Positions 50,811 to 63,720 are shown, numbered from the stretch's first letter. The stretch is 64,000 nt of DNA from Phyllobates terribilis (GCF_046119375.1 NW_027362761.1:1154192001-1154256000); one strand, 5' to 3'. The notes: generated from the letters alone by a model not told the origin. Made by a program: numbers and translations.

Positions 50811-53800
50811 CTAGATGGTGGCTCGATTCTAATGCATCGGGTATTCTAGAATAGGTATGCGGCCGACGGGGTGCAATTAGCAGAGCGGTGTTTAAATTTT
50901 GCGCCAAAATCGCTGATTGGTCGCGTTCGGCAACCTCGACCAATCAGCAAAGCGGTGTTTAAATTTGGCGGCAATATTGATGATTGGTCGCGGGCGGCGG
51001 CCGCGACCAATCAGCGAACCATGTTAGTGAGGACTGGAGAGCGTGTTTAAATTTGACACCAAAATCGCTGATTAGTCACGACCAATCAGCAGAGCGGTGT
51101 TTAAATTTGGCGCCAATACTGCTGATTGGTCGAGGCCGCCGGCCGCGACCAATCAGCGATTTTGCCGCAAAATTTAAACAACGCTCTGCTGATTGGTCGC
51201 GGCCGTCAGCCGCGACTAATCAGCGACTTTGGGGCCAAATTTAAACCCCGCTCTGCATCGCTCTGCTGATTGGTCGCGGTCGCCGGCCTCGACCAATCAG
51301 CAGAGCGGTGTTTAAATTTGGCGCCAAAATCGCTGATTGGTCACGGGCGGCGGCCGCGACCAATCAGCAAACCGTGTTAGTGAGGAATGGAGAGCATGTT
51401 TAAATTTGGCACCAAAATCGCTGATTAGTCGCGGCCGGCGACCAATCAGCAGAGCGTTGTTTAAATTTGGCGCCAATCTTGCTGATTGTTCGCGGCTGAC
51501 GGCCGCGACCAATCAGCAGAGTGAGGTTTAAATTTGGCGCCCATACTGCTGATTGGTCGCGGCCGGCGACCGCGACCAATCAGCAGAGTGGGGTTTAAAT
51601 TTTGCGCCAATACTGCTGATTGATCTCGGCCAGCGACCGCGATCAATCAGCAGAGCGTTGTTTAAATTTGGCGCCAATCTCGCTGTTTGGACGCGTCTGG
51701 TGTCCGCGACCAATGAGCAGAGCGTTGTTTAAATTTGGCGCCAAGCTCGCTGATTGGTCGCGGCTGGCGTCCGCGACCAATTAGCACAGCAGTGTTTAAA
51801 TGTCGCGGCAAGATCGGTGATTGGTCGCGGCCGCTATTTAAATGTGGCGCCCAAATCGGTGATTGGTCACGGTCAGGATCCGTGACCAATCAGCACAGCA
51901 GTGTTTAAATATGGCGCTAAGATCTGTGATTGGTCGCGGCCGCTATTTAAATGTGGCGCCCAAATCGGTGATTGGTCGCGGGCAGCGGCCGCGACCAATC
52001 AGCAGAGCGGTGTTTAACTTTAGCGCCAAGATCACTGATTGGTCTCGTGCAGAGAGCACGACCAATCAGCGAATCGTATTGGTGAGGAGCGGGGAGCGGA
52101 ATCGTATTAGTGAGGAACGGGGAGAGCCGCTGCCTGTGCGGATACTTCCACTCCGAGAAGCCAGGAGATGAGCGACTGCTCGCAGCAGAAGTATCCCGAC
52201 CCGCAGCGCCGCTCCCCGGTCCTCCCTTCACACCCTAGCCGCTGATGTCCCCACAGTATTCGCATAGTGTGAAAAATCGCTGATTGGTCGCTGGCGCTGC
52301 CCGCGACCAATCACCGATTTGGGCGCCAAATTTAAATATGGGCCGCAACCAATCACCGATCTTGGCTCCACATTTAAACACCGCTGTGCTGATTGGTCGC
52401 GGCCGATATTTAAATTTGGCGCCCAAATAGGTGATTGGTCGCGGGCAGCGCCAGTGACCAATCAGCGATTTTTAACACAAATGTCCGGACCTTTGTAACA
52501 CCATGCGGATACTGTGGGGACATCAGCGGCTAGGGTGTGAAGGGAGAACCGGGGAGCGGAGCTGCGGGTCGGGATACTTCTGCTGCGAGCAGTCGCTCAT
52601 CTCCCGGCTTCTCGGAGTGGAAGTATCCGCACAGGCAGCGGCGCTCCCCGATCCTCACTAATACGATTCCGCTCCCCGCTCACCAATACGATTCGCTGAT
52701 TGGTCGCGCTCTCCGCACGCGACAAATCAGTGATCTTGGCGCTAAAGTTAAACACCGCTGTGCTGATTGGTCGACGATGCTGTGCGCGACCAATCACCGA
52801 TTTGGGCGGCACATTTAAATAGCGTCCGCGACCAATCAGTACAGCGGTGTTTAAATGTGGAGCCAAGATCGGTGATTGATCGCGGCCGATATTTAAATTT
52901 GGCGCCGAAATCGGTGATTGGTCGCGGGCAGCGCCAGCGACCAATCAACGTTTTTTAACACAAATGTCCGGACCTTTGTAACACCATGCAGATACTGTGG
53001 GGACATCAGCGGCTAGGGTGTGAAGGGAGGACCGGGGAGCGGCGCTGCGGTTCCGGATACTTCTGCTCCGAGCGCCCGCTCATGTCCCGGGTTCTCGGAG
53101 CGGAAGTATCCGCACAGGCAGCGGCGCTGACATCCATGCGGCTAGGGCATGAAGGGAGGACCGGGGAGCGGCGCTGCGGGTCCAATTGGTCGCGGCCGCT
53201 ATTTAAATGTGCCGCACAAATCGTTGATTGGTCGCGGACTTGGCCCGCGACCAAAGTTAAACACTACTGTGCTGACTGGTCGCTGCCCGCGACCAATCAC
53301 TGATTTCGGCGCCAAATTTAAATATCGGCCGCGACCAATCACCGATCTTGGCTCAACATTTAAACACCGCTGTGCTGATTGGTCGCGGCCGATATTTAAA
53401 TTTGGCGCCCAAATAGGTGATAGGTCGCGGGCAGCGCCAGCGACCAATCAGCGATTTTTAACACAAATTTCCGGACCTTTGTAACACCATGCGGATACAG
53501 TGGGGACATCAGCGGCTAGGGTGTGAAGGGAGGACCGGGGAGCGGAGCTGCGGGTCGGGATACTTCTGCTGCGAGCGCCCGCTCATGTCCCTGGTTCTTG
53601 CAGCGGAAGTATCCGGACAGGCAGCGGCGCTGACATCCAATTGGTCGCGGATGCTATTTAAAATTGCCGCACAAATCGGTGATTGGTCGGTGTCTTGGCC
53701 CGCGACCAATGAGTGATCTTGGCGCCAAAGTTAAACACTATTGTGCTGATTGGTGGCGGACGCTGACCGCGACCAATCACCGATTTGGACGCCAAATTTA

Positions 53801-54535
53801 AATATCGGCCGTGACCAATCACCGATTTGGGCGCCAAATTTAAATATCGGCCGGGACCAATCACCGATTTTGGCTCCACATTTAAACACCGCAGTGGTGA
53901 TTGGTCGCGGCCGATATTTAAATTTGGCGCCCAAATCGGGGATTGGTCGCGGGCAGCGTCGGCGACCAATCAGCACAATAGTGTTTAAGTTTTGCGCTAA
54001 GATCAGTGATTGGTCGGGTCCGAAGACCGCGACCAATCATCGAATCGTCTTGGTGAGGACCGGGGAGCTGCGCTGCCTGTGTGGATACTTCCGCTGCGAG
54101 AACCCGGGACATAGCGGGCGCTCGCAGCAGAAGTATCCCGACCCGCAGCGCCGCTCCCCGGTCCTCCCTTCCGCATGGAGGTCAGCAGCGCCAGCGGTCC
54201 TTCCGCTGCTACCGGCCGGGAGATGAGCGCCTCGCGCCGCTCATCTCCCAGCTGCATCTCCGTCCCGCAGATGGGTCCGGCGGTCGGGTTCCTTCTGCTG
54301 TTGCCGGCCAGGAGATGAGCGCCTCGCGCCGGTCATCTCCCGGCTGCATCGCCGCTCAGCTCCGTCCCGCAGATGAGCCGCTAACGGCCGCCATCTTTTT
54401 TTAGAAATCCCCCGGCGCTGATTGGCCACTGCCGGACCAATGAGCGACGCGGGATTTCCTGGACAGACAGACACACAGACACACACACAGACAGACAGAC
54501 AGACAGAGACGGGATAAGACGATTATATATATAGA
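50811..54535 (-). mobile_element. Complete non-autonomous Helitron (3.7 kb) filled with CCAAT/TTTGGCGCC satellite
   Basis: 5' A|TC at 54535; 3' CTAG|T at 50811; subterminal hairpin CTCGAT...ATCGGG (50822-50841) just upstream of the CTAG; no TSD; no Rep/helicase ORF. Confidence 0.85.
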
Positions 54536-55803
54536 TGAATTCACAAAAAATAGTACGTTGTACAACTGTAATGCAATGCATGAAAGAATCAGATAACTAG
54601 CAATATCCAAAACCGCCAACCCTCAGCTTGCAAATACCAGGACAGTACAAGAGATGTAGAAGTAATTATGGAGAGGTTAAACTTATCCATAGTATCTGGC
54701 ATATAGTATGGAATTAGCCTTCAAACTGATGAGGCTGAGTGAATCGTGAAATACACTTCAAATGATTAGATACAGGTAGAGTTTTGAACACCTAGAGATG
54801 TCTGGTCACCAGGGAAGATGTATGTGGAGGATTAGGTCTGGAGTCTGGACATACGAATAGGCCTGGATGCAGTCAGAGGTCTGGACACCTGCCAAGGTTT
54901 GGATGCCAGGAAAGATATGGATTCAGGAAAAGGTTTGGATGCTGGTCGAGGTCTGGAGACTTGGTATGGACACAAACAGATGGTTGGACACAGGATGATG
55001 TTTAGCCATAGGCAGAGACCTGGATGCAGAAAAAGGTCTGCATGAAAGGAGAGGTAACCTTACCACCAGGTTCCACTGAACCCATTGTACTATTCTTTGC
55101 ATGCCAAAAGAACAAGGACAATCTCTAACTTTGCTTAAACCTAGAAGTGTCCTAGATCAAGATGAAAGCACAGGAGCACAAACACAGTCATCCAAAATGC
55201 CAGCACAAATCAAAATAATGGGACAGATCCTGCAGACCTGTGGAGAGTGTACCTTCTTTCGGACATGAAAAATTATAAGTGATCAGCTCACCTATTCACA
55301 GATGCAGGTGTGCACGGATCCAAGTTCCAAAGGAAATAGTCCATATAACAAAGGCAGTTGATCCAGCACTTCCAATAAAACGTATATTTTCATTAAAAAA
55401 ATTTCATCCATAAAAAATATATAATTCCTTAAGAAATCCACAGAAACATATGAAAAAGTGTATCATATGAGGAAAAAGTCCCAAAGGAGATGCATTCAAG
55501 GTGTTGGTTGACGCGTTTCGAAGTGATACTTCTTATTCATAGCCTTTCGAACATACCTGGATGTTGAGTAGGTGTACCCATGTCATGATGTCTAACCACG
55601 TCACGGTGTCCTAGACTTTAGGTGGGGAGATAGAAGAGGAGCATGACATGAATACATGATTCTCATTAGTAAACCTTTAGCTAGGCATGTGGACGCACAC
55701 AGTTTAGCCTTTCTTATATATTATTATTATTATTTATTATTATAGCGCCATTTATTCCACAGCGCTTTACATGTGAAAAAAGCTAGACGAATTCATAGTC
55801 CAA

Positions 55804-56880
55804 TTGAATCAGAACACATGGGGCATTAGGCTGACATATAAATTTCACACCACCAAAATTGACTTCCTGGATGTCGAGCTGGAGGTTGATGATGGGAGGT
55901 GCCCCCAGACCGACATTTTTAGGAAGTCTACGTCAGTTAATGCCCTAATAAACGCTGACACGGCACACCATCCAACTACTATAAGGGCCGTCCCCGTTGG
56001 GCAGTTACTGAGGGCAAGGCGGATCTGCTCCTCTGACCTTAAATTTGAGCATCAGGCCGTGGACTTGAAGCTCAGATTTAAACAACGAGGATACAGCAAC
56101 AGATGTATTAAGCATGGATATGATAGGGCTAGGCGAACCCCACGTAACAATTTATTATACTCGAACGCCATTAAGGGGTTGGAGACCGGACAAGCAAAAA
56201 TTCGGTACATTTCTAATTATAACCATGAGTGGGAAAATATGAGGAAGATCATGACCAAGCACTGGGACATCTTGGCAACCGACCCCTCCCTGGGACCAAT
56301 TCTTGGGGATCGTCCCCTTATGACCCCGAGACGGGCCAAAAATCTTAAAGACCTCCTAGTCTCGAGCCACTATGTTCCGATACAACCAAATCCTTTTGGT
56401 TCTCGTGGACCGACCCTTGGAACTTTTCCCTGCGGTCGTTGTCTTGCGTGCACCAATGTCGCGCGCAGCAACACGTTCACGTTCTCAGATGGCAACAGAC
56501 ATTTCAAAATAAGACACTACATTTCATGTGGCACTAGTAATGTCATATATTATGCCACGTGTGATTGCCCCTTAATCTATATTGGACTTACATCCAGGGA
56601 ACTGAGAATACGTGTGCGTGAGCATGTGCGCGACATTGGTGCGGCCAGGACAGCGACTGATGTCAATGAACTCAAAAGCATTCCCAGGCACTTTAGGGCT
56701 GTCCATAATTGCGACCCTCGCTGTTTCAAAGTGCGGGGGATAGACATGATACATTTGGGTGCGCGGGGTGGCAATGTCAAAAAGATTTTGGCGCAGGTTG
56801 AAGCTAAATGGATAGTGACACTTGGGACATTGTCACCCCGTGGACTAAATGAGTCCCTTTCTTTCTCCTCCTTTTTATGA
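55804..56880 (+). CDS. Penelope-like ORF remnant: RT thumb, Cys linker (CGRCLAC), GIY-YIG endonuclease
   Basis: IDFLDV..FRKSTSVN..H; VIYYATCDCPLIYIGLTSRELRIRVREH; EAKWIVTLGTLSPRGLNE; RT core missing. Confidence 0.9.
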   Translation: MNQNTWGIRLTYKFHTTKIDFLDVELEVDDGRCPQTDIFRKSTSVNALINADTAHHPTTIRAVPVGQLLRARRICSSDLKFEHQAVDLKLRFKQRGYSNRCIKHGYDRARRTPRNNLLYSNAIKGLETGQAKIRYISNYNHEWENMRKIMTKHWDILATDPSLGPILGDRPLMTPRRAKNLKDLLVSSHYVPIQPNPFGSRGPTLGTFPCGRCLACTNVARSNTFTFSDGNRHFKIRHYISCGTSNVIYYATCDCPLIYIGLTSRELRIRVREHVRDIGAARTATDVNELKSIPRHFRAVHNCDPRCFKVRGIDMIHLGARGGNVKKILAQVEAKWIVTLGTLSPRGLNESLSFSSFL

Positions 56881-57602
56881 CATTAAATTATTTATAGTTG
56901 ATCCTATTTCATACAATGATCCCCTCCTCTCTACCCTCACTGTGCCCGAGGGATATACATGTTTAGGTTGGGGTCTATTTTTTGTTTTTTGCTTTTGTTT
57001 TTAATTTAATTTTCATTTTTAATTGGTTTATATATTCTTTCAGCTTTTTTTCAGATAGTGCATAACTCTTCTTCTTTGCACCTTATTGGACCGATCTTTA
57101 CCTATTCAAAATGACTGTGTGATGCAGATGCTCCATAGGAAATGAAGGATGGGATGACAGAATGAGGGGAAAAAGACAAAGAAAAGGGCCACTGATGGAC
57201 AAACTGTCATGGATAATATGCTATAATATGAAATCTCCTGTTTTATTCCTGTTCTGTCTTTTCTTTCTTGTGCACATATAATCTTTAGGCGAGTGCTGCT
57301 GCCCTGTGACGTGGTGCGCATGCGCCGGCCTCCCTGCCGTTGGACACGCCCCCAGCTGTCTGCATGACGTCCGCGCACGGTCGGGCACCCCCGCCCTTTG
57401 AGCGGCGTGCCCGCGCGTGCGCGGTGGTTTCTTGACGGCTTGGGGGCGTTGTCTGACGTGGGTCTCGGCGGGCGCATGCGCTAGTTTCGTGTCGCTGGGA
57501 CACCCGCACACGCCCCCATCACACGTGCGATTGGTCACGTGAGCGTTCACGTGACCGGCGCCAACGGTTCAAAAGGGTCTCTTCTCCCCACTACTGTCAC
57601 CA

Positions 57603-57647
57603 CCCCTTGAGAAAGCGGCCCTAGCTGCTGCGAAACGCGCGTCGGGG
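57603..57647 (+). ncRNA. Minimal PLE-type hammerhead ribozyme motif (variant core)
   Basis: CCCC-TTGAGAAA-GCGGC...GCTGC-GAAAC-GCGC-GTC-GGGG: stem I, stem II and palindromic stem III. Confidence 0.7.
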
Positions 57648-60600
57648 ACGCACGTGGTTTTTCTGAATTACCCACTGACCGCCCACCACCACTCCTGGTA
57701 AGAGATATATCTCCCTCATGCCCATTTATAGTGACACATCTCCTTTGGCACTCTGCTCAAATATGCTTAAGAGGTCACTTCCCTCTCCTCTCTTTTGGTA
57801 GGAGTGGGGGGTAGGGGGAGGGAAGGGAATGTGTGGAGGTGCTCTCCTATTTACCCAACTCTGTATTAATACAAATATGCATGCTGCACTTTAATTGATA
57901 AGCTTGGCTTTGCTGCTTTTCTTTTTTCTTTTCTCTGCAGTGCACTGTAGAGTGCGCCACCATGTGTTCGGTTTTATAATAGCTTATCAATCTTGACATG
58001 ATATTGTACCCTATTTAAACAAATTTTTATGCCTATTACTTATACTCTACTGGTCAAGAATTTTAGGTGCAGCGTTTTTCTACTTTGATGGAAAAACCTT
58101 TTTCCAGCTATAGAGTTGCGTTTATTTGATTGAGCATCTAGTACTGAGGCAGGTCCGTTTTGGCTAATTCGGATATTTCATTGTCCACCTTGCTCTTCAC
58201 TTGCTTATTATTCATATTTTTCTCTATTCTGATTATATACTTGTTTTAATCAATTGTGTCAATAAAATATGTGTCTCTTTTTAAACCATGATGACTCTGT
58301 TTTCCTCTTGTTAAAAAATGTTACTTTTGAGTCGGTATTTGAGGGTGTTGGGGGTGATTTTGTTCCCTCGCCCACACTCAATTTCTAATATTTGGGCTAT
58401 TTTGCTAATTATGTGAAAAAAGGGGTATACATACATGAACAATTACAACGATCTTTAACAAAACGTGACGGCGACTGGTACAGGAGGAGCGAGGACCCTG
58501 CCAGCGAGGGCTCACAGACTACAAGAGATGGGTGAGAATACAGTAGGTGGGGGTAGAGCTGGTCGTGCAACGGTATGGTGGAACAATGGTTACTGGAGGT
58601 TATAGGCTTGTCGGAAGAGGTGAGTCTTCACGTTCCTTTTGAAGGTTTCCATGGTAGGCGTAAGTCTGATATGCTGGGGTAGAGAGTACCAGAATAGGGG
58701 GGACGCACGGGAGAAATCTTGTATGCCATTGTAGGAAGAGTAGATAACAGGGGAGTAGAGCAGGAGATCTTGTGAGGATCGGAGGTAGCTTGCAGGTATG
58801 TACCAGGAGACTAGGTCAGAGATATCTGGAGGAGACAGGTTGTGAATGGCTTTGTATGCCATGGTTAGGGTTTTGTACTGGAGTCTCTGGGCAATGGGGA
58901 GCCAGTGAAGGGATTGACAAAGAGGAGAGGCCGGGGAATAGTGGGGGGACAGGTTGATTAGTCAGGCAGCAGAGTTTAGAATAGATTGGAGGGGTGCGAG
59001 AGTGTTAGAGGGGAGACCACAGAGCAGGAGGTTGCAGTAGTTGAGGCGGGAGATGATTCGTGGTTGAGGAATGTGCGCATCCTGGAGATATTTTTGAGTT
59101 GGAGTCGGCAGGAAGTAGAAAGGGTTTGGATATGTGGTTTGAAGAAGAGATCAGAGTCCAGGGTTACCCCAAGGCAGCGAGCTTGTGGGACTGGGGAGCG
59201 TGAACAGCCGTTGACGTTGATAGATAGGTGGTGGGGGGGGGGGGGTGAATGAGATGGTGGAAAGAAAATGAGTTCTGTTGTATCCATGTTAAGTTTTAGA
59301 AATCTGTCAGAGAAGAAGGATGAGATAGCGGACAGACATTATGGGATTTTGGTTAGTACGGAGGAGATATCGGGTCCAGAGAGGTAGATCTGTGTGTCGT
59401 CAGCATAGAGGTGGTACTGAAAGACGTGAGACTCTATGAGTTGTCCCAGGCCAAAGGTGTAGATGGAGAAGAGCAGGAGTCCTAGGACTGAAGCTTGGGG
59501 GACACCGACATATAGGGGGCGAGATGAGGAGGTGGTGTGTGAGTGGAAGACAGTGAATGTCCGGTCTGTTAAATATGAGGAGATCCAAGATAGGCCCAAG
59601 TCTTTGATGACAAGAGATGAGAGAATCTGTAGTAAGAGGGAATGGTCCACTGTGTCAAAGGCAGGTGACATGTCTAGGAGGAGGACGACAGAGTAGTCTC
59701 GCTTCGATTTGGTCATTGGTGACTTTAGTCAGGGCAGTTTCAGTAAGATGGTGTGGTCGGAAGCCAGATTATAAGCAGTCAAAGAGAAAGCAGGAAGATA
59801 GGTGGGAGGACAGTTCAAAGTGGACATGTTGTTCCAGAAGTTTTGAGGCGTAGGAGAGGAGAGATATGGGGCTAGTCTGAGAGGAAGGGTCAAGGGATGG
59901 CTTTTTGAGGATGGGTATGATCGAGGCGAGTTTGAAGCATGAGGGGAAGACACCAGTTGTTAGTGACAGGTTGAAAAGGTGGGATGAAGTCTGTATATCC
60001 CTGGTTTTAGGCCAAGTTCATATTTTACATTAAAATTAAAGTTTTAGAAGTTGTAAGTTTCTTGTGGTGACCTATTGATAGACCATAGCTCCATGTTTGA
60101 TATATTTTAGCGCTCCCCTCAGCCAAGGTTTAATATACCCAGCAGTCTGCCTTAGTTCACCGCAGTAATATGGCTGACAATGTTTTTAATGCTGATTACA
60201 TTCAATCCTTGTACTGTTAATGAGTATATCAACACGGCATGAAAGCACACATAAATGGCAAATGGATACAATCCCTTATAATACCTTAATCAGAACTTTA
60301 CAAATGCAGATTAGCTGCTCATAATAAAGCCTCACTGGGAGGCAATTTGGATTTTTTTTGGATTAATATTAGACATTTAAAATGTAATTTTCTGTTAAAT
60401 ATTAATTGACAGGTGACATTATCCGTACAATCCTTATCATTAATATTCTGAAATAAAACTTGTTCTAGCCCATGCTGCTGTCCACAGGCGGGCATCCTGC
60501 CCAGTACAATTGTTCTTATAACATTTGCATGTTCTACTGTAGACATGACCCGAACAAACTATCTGAACTGATTAAGACCATTGTTAAAGACAAATCAATT

Positions 60601-63039
60601 ACCTAATTATCTCCAGTAGCCAGGAATTGAAAGACCAAAACTTTTTTTTATCTTCAAACACCATGTTCTATAACATATGATACCAGAATTCTGGGGAGAA
60701 GAAAAATGTTCTGGGAAAGAAATTGTCTCCAATCAAACCAAAGATATTACTAGGACATAACCCACATTGGTTACCCATCCTTTTCTCTAGCTGGTCATTA
60801 AAAAAATTAATTAAACAAAACAACAATACAATAAAGTATACATGTAAAAACGTGCTTTTACTGTATGCTGTAAATAACTGCCATTGTTCAAGGATGTGCC
60901 CATCGTCAATTAAGTTTCTTTTTTTTATAGGCACATACAGTGACACTCAATGCTATTTACATGGCTATTTACAGGACAGAACAAACATAGGTTAGAATAG
61001 TTTCTAGTTGGCATGTGCCAGTCGTGCGGCAACTGCTGAAACCGGCAAGCAAAGCTGAATCCTAACAGTGTGTGCATTACACACAGTTAGAATTCGACAA
61101 GCTACAGCATTTGCCAAAGATTTCACCAGGTGTGAAAAGTCCCTTTAAAAAAATGTACTTTTGCTGTACAACACACTAAAATTTTTGTCTCTGTAGGGAA
61201 TTTAGTGCACAGTATAATAAAAACAGAGCTGCAACCAATATAAAGTCATATTAAGAAAATAATCAGCGCAAAATTTGTAACGAGGATAAAAATAAAGGGT
61301 TCATGTGATCCAAAAACTCTTCTACTTCTTATGTCCAGATTCTTTAAATAGAGAATATCCTCCTTATCATCATCATAATCATCATCAGGTAATGTATGTG
61401 AAGTATTGGGTTCCTGTGTATGGAGCAGGCTTAGGTGCTGAGCCTGCACCATAGCAAGTAGATGGCAATTATATTACACAGAGACCTTCTGCGGGTAAAA
61501 GCAACTGGAACTAGCTCCATTCACTGCTGTTCAACCATTTATTGTGAGTCGGTCAGTAATATTTGCTCTAGACTCCCAGAGGTACTGCAGGATAAGGCAG
61601 TGTAAAACATTTCCAATAATACCTGTTATGTCTAAATATGGTGCTCTGTTGCTCTAAAATTCCTGTTTTATGCCTAAGAAAATTAGCTTTGCAAGTTTAC
61701 TTGTGGAATTGTAACTGCACTTGCAGTCCTTGGTTCCACTCCTCTTCTAGATGCCAATGACACAATTCACTTCTGACATTGTAGATTGTGGCATTGTGAC
61801 CATTATATACCGGAGCCACTGTCTTCACTAAGTGGAAGCAGCGCTAGTAGGGAGAAGTAAAAAGGAGCCGAAGACTGCAAGTGCACGAATACACCCAACT
61901 GTGCACTTGAAAAGCTAATTTTATTATGAATAAAATATCCCATTTTCTTTTAGTCTTAAATTAAACCATTCATTTTACCATACATTGTATAAAATACATA
62001 AAATAGAAACATTTCCAAGTGAGATGACATGGTAAAAAAAGTGCAATTCCACAATCTATTTTGGGGTTTGCTTTATGGGTGTTGTTTTTACAGCATTTAC
62101 TGTATGCTAAAAATCATGACACTACAGAAAAGAACAATTAAAGAAAATCCTACCTTGCATTGTTTTTCTATTTAAGTGCTAAAAAAACTTTTTTTTTACA
62201 TTTTTTACTATATTTTTTAGTTACCTTAGGAGATTTCAACACCAAGGGGACCAGATCTTTTGAAAACTCGAGTGCTTTTTGTCTTCTAAGTGCTTATAGT
62301 TTGCAAACAGGGTCAATTTTTTTTTTACGGATAAGGAAGGGGGGGGGTCGTTGATTTAGCTGGATGAATAGTAAAGCTGCTGTTACATGGGATGAAAAGT
62401 TGTTTTTGCTTTGGAGAAGGAAGGATGATGGCTGCCAAAAAAGTACTAATGGAGTGGCAAGATCATGGAGGTTCCCGCAGATTTCTATAAAAGTGCCCTA
62501 TGTTACAAAACCCACATAACACTACGTGGCAGAAACCCAAAAACGTATTATTCCCTTCAAAAAGATACAATATTTTTGGACAAAAGTGGTGCCCTTATCC
62601 TCTGGTCCCCATAGCGGCTTCCATCTCCACATCTATGGCTGCTACGGCTATAGTTATGGACAATAGTAATCAGAGCGGGCGCAGCCGGCAGGGGGGCTCA
62701 GTCGGGCCGCCTAATGCAGCGATCCGAAGTGTCTCTCCCGGCAGCTGCATTCTGCCGCCCCCCCCCCTGACTGGGAGTTGGCACTTCTGTGAGCCAGCTG
62801 TCAATCTGACAGGCAGTTCACAGAACGTGTAGCGCACTGGCTCCCAGTGATTGTACTCGCATCTTTCAGACGCGAGTACAATTGAAGCTCTGACCTTTGG
62901 GTTAGAGCGACGCCAGCAGCTTGATCAGGTCATGTGATCACGCTGCTGACGTCATTCATCAGCGCCCAGAAGCGCCAAGAGCATCAGTGGTAAGTGCTCC
63001 ACACTAAAGCTAAAAACACCGAAGATTACATGTAACGGT

Positions 63040-63720
63040 GGGGAGATTTTGTGTGTGGTCGGGTATTTACTGTGGGGAGGTATGTACTCTGTGTGTGGGG
63101 GAGTACTTACTGTGGGGGGTATATACTCTGTGTTGGGGGTATTTACTGGGGGGTATATACTCTGCGTTTGTAGGAGTATTTACTGTGGGGGGTATATATT
63201 CTGTGCGTGGGGGGTATTTACTGGGGTGTATATACTCTGTGTATGGGGGGTATTTACTGTGTGTGTTGGGGTATATACTCTGTGTGGGGGTGTTAACTGT
63301 GTTTGTGAAGGGTATATACTCTGTGTGGGGGTATTTACTGTGTGTGGGTGTATTTACTGTGTGTGGGGGTATTTACTGCGTGTGGGGGGTATTTACTGTG
63401 TGTGGGGGATATTTACTGTGCGTGGGAGTATTTACTGTGTTTGTGGGGGGGTAGTTATTCTGTTTTTGGGGTATTTACTGTGTGTGGGTGGTATTTACTT
63501 TGTGTGGGGGTGCATTTACTGTGTGTGCGGCGAGGTATTTACTGTGTGGGGGGGCATTTACTGTGTGTGTGGTGGGGGGTATTAACTGTGTGGGGGTATT
63601 CACTGTGTGTGTAGGGAGTATTTACTGTGTGTTGGAGTATTTAATGTGTGTGGGGTATTTACTGTGTGTGTGGTGGGGGTATTTAGTGTAACAGGGCTGA
63701 GGGAGATTTACTGTGTAGGG
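63040..63720. repeat. G/T-rich minisatellite (GGGGGTATTTACTGTGTGT-like, ~18-21 bp)
   Basis: Direct reading. Confidence 0.9.

Larger units (their letters stand above)
55783..58410 (+). mobile_element. 5'-truncated Penelope-like element with ~1.5-kb 3' (pseudo-LTR) region
   Basis: 12-bp TSD ATGTGAAAAAAG (55771-55782, 58411-58422); RT C-terminus plus GIY-YIG ORF; hammerhead motif downstream. Confidence 0.88.
55720..59990 (-). mobile_element. 5'-truncated L2 LINE with intact 3' tail, split by a Penelope-like insertion
   Basis: [23 protein letters not shown] within 58411-59990; tail TGTAAAGCGCTGTGGAATAAATGGCGCTAT(AAT)n at 55720-55782. Confidence 0.88.

Noticed and set aside
50984-54619. Many short ORFs in the Helitron satellite (and at 8-1031)
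   Set aside because: GC-rich repeat artefacts; no Rep or helicase motifs
63038-63691. Gly/Val/Cys-rich ORFs
   Set aside because: G/T-rich minisatellite
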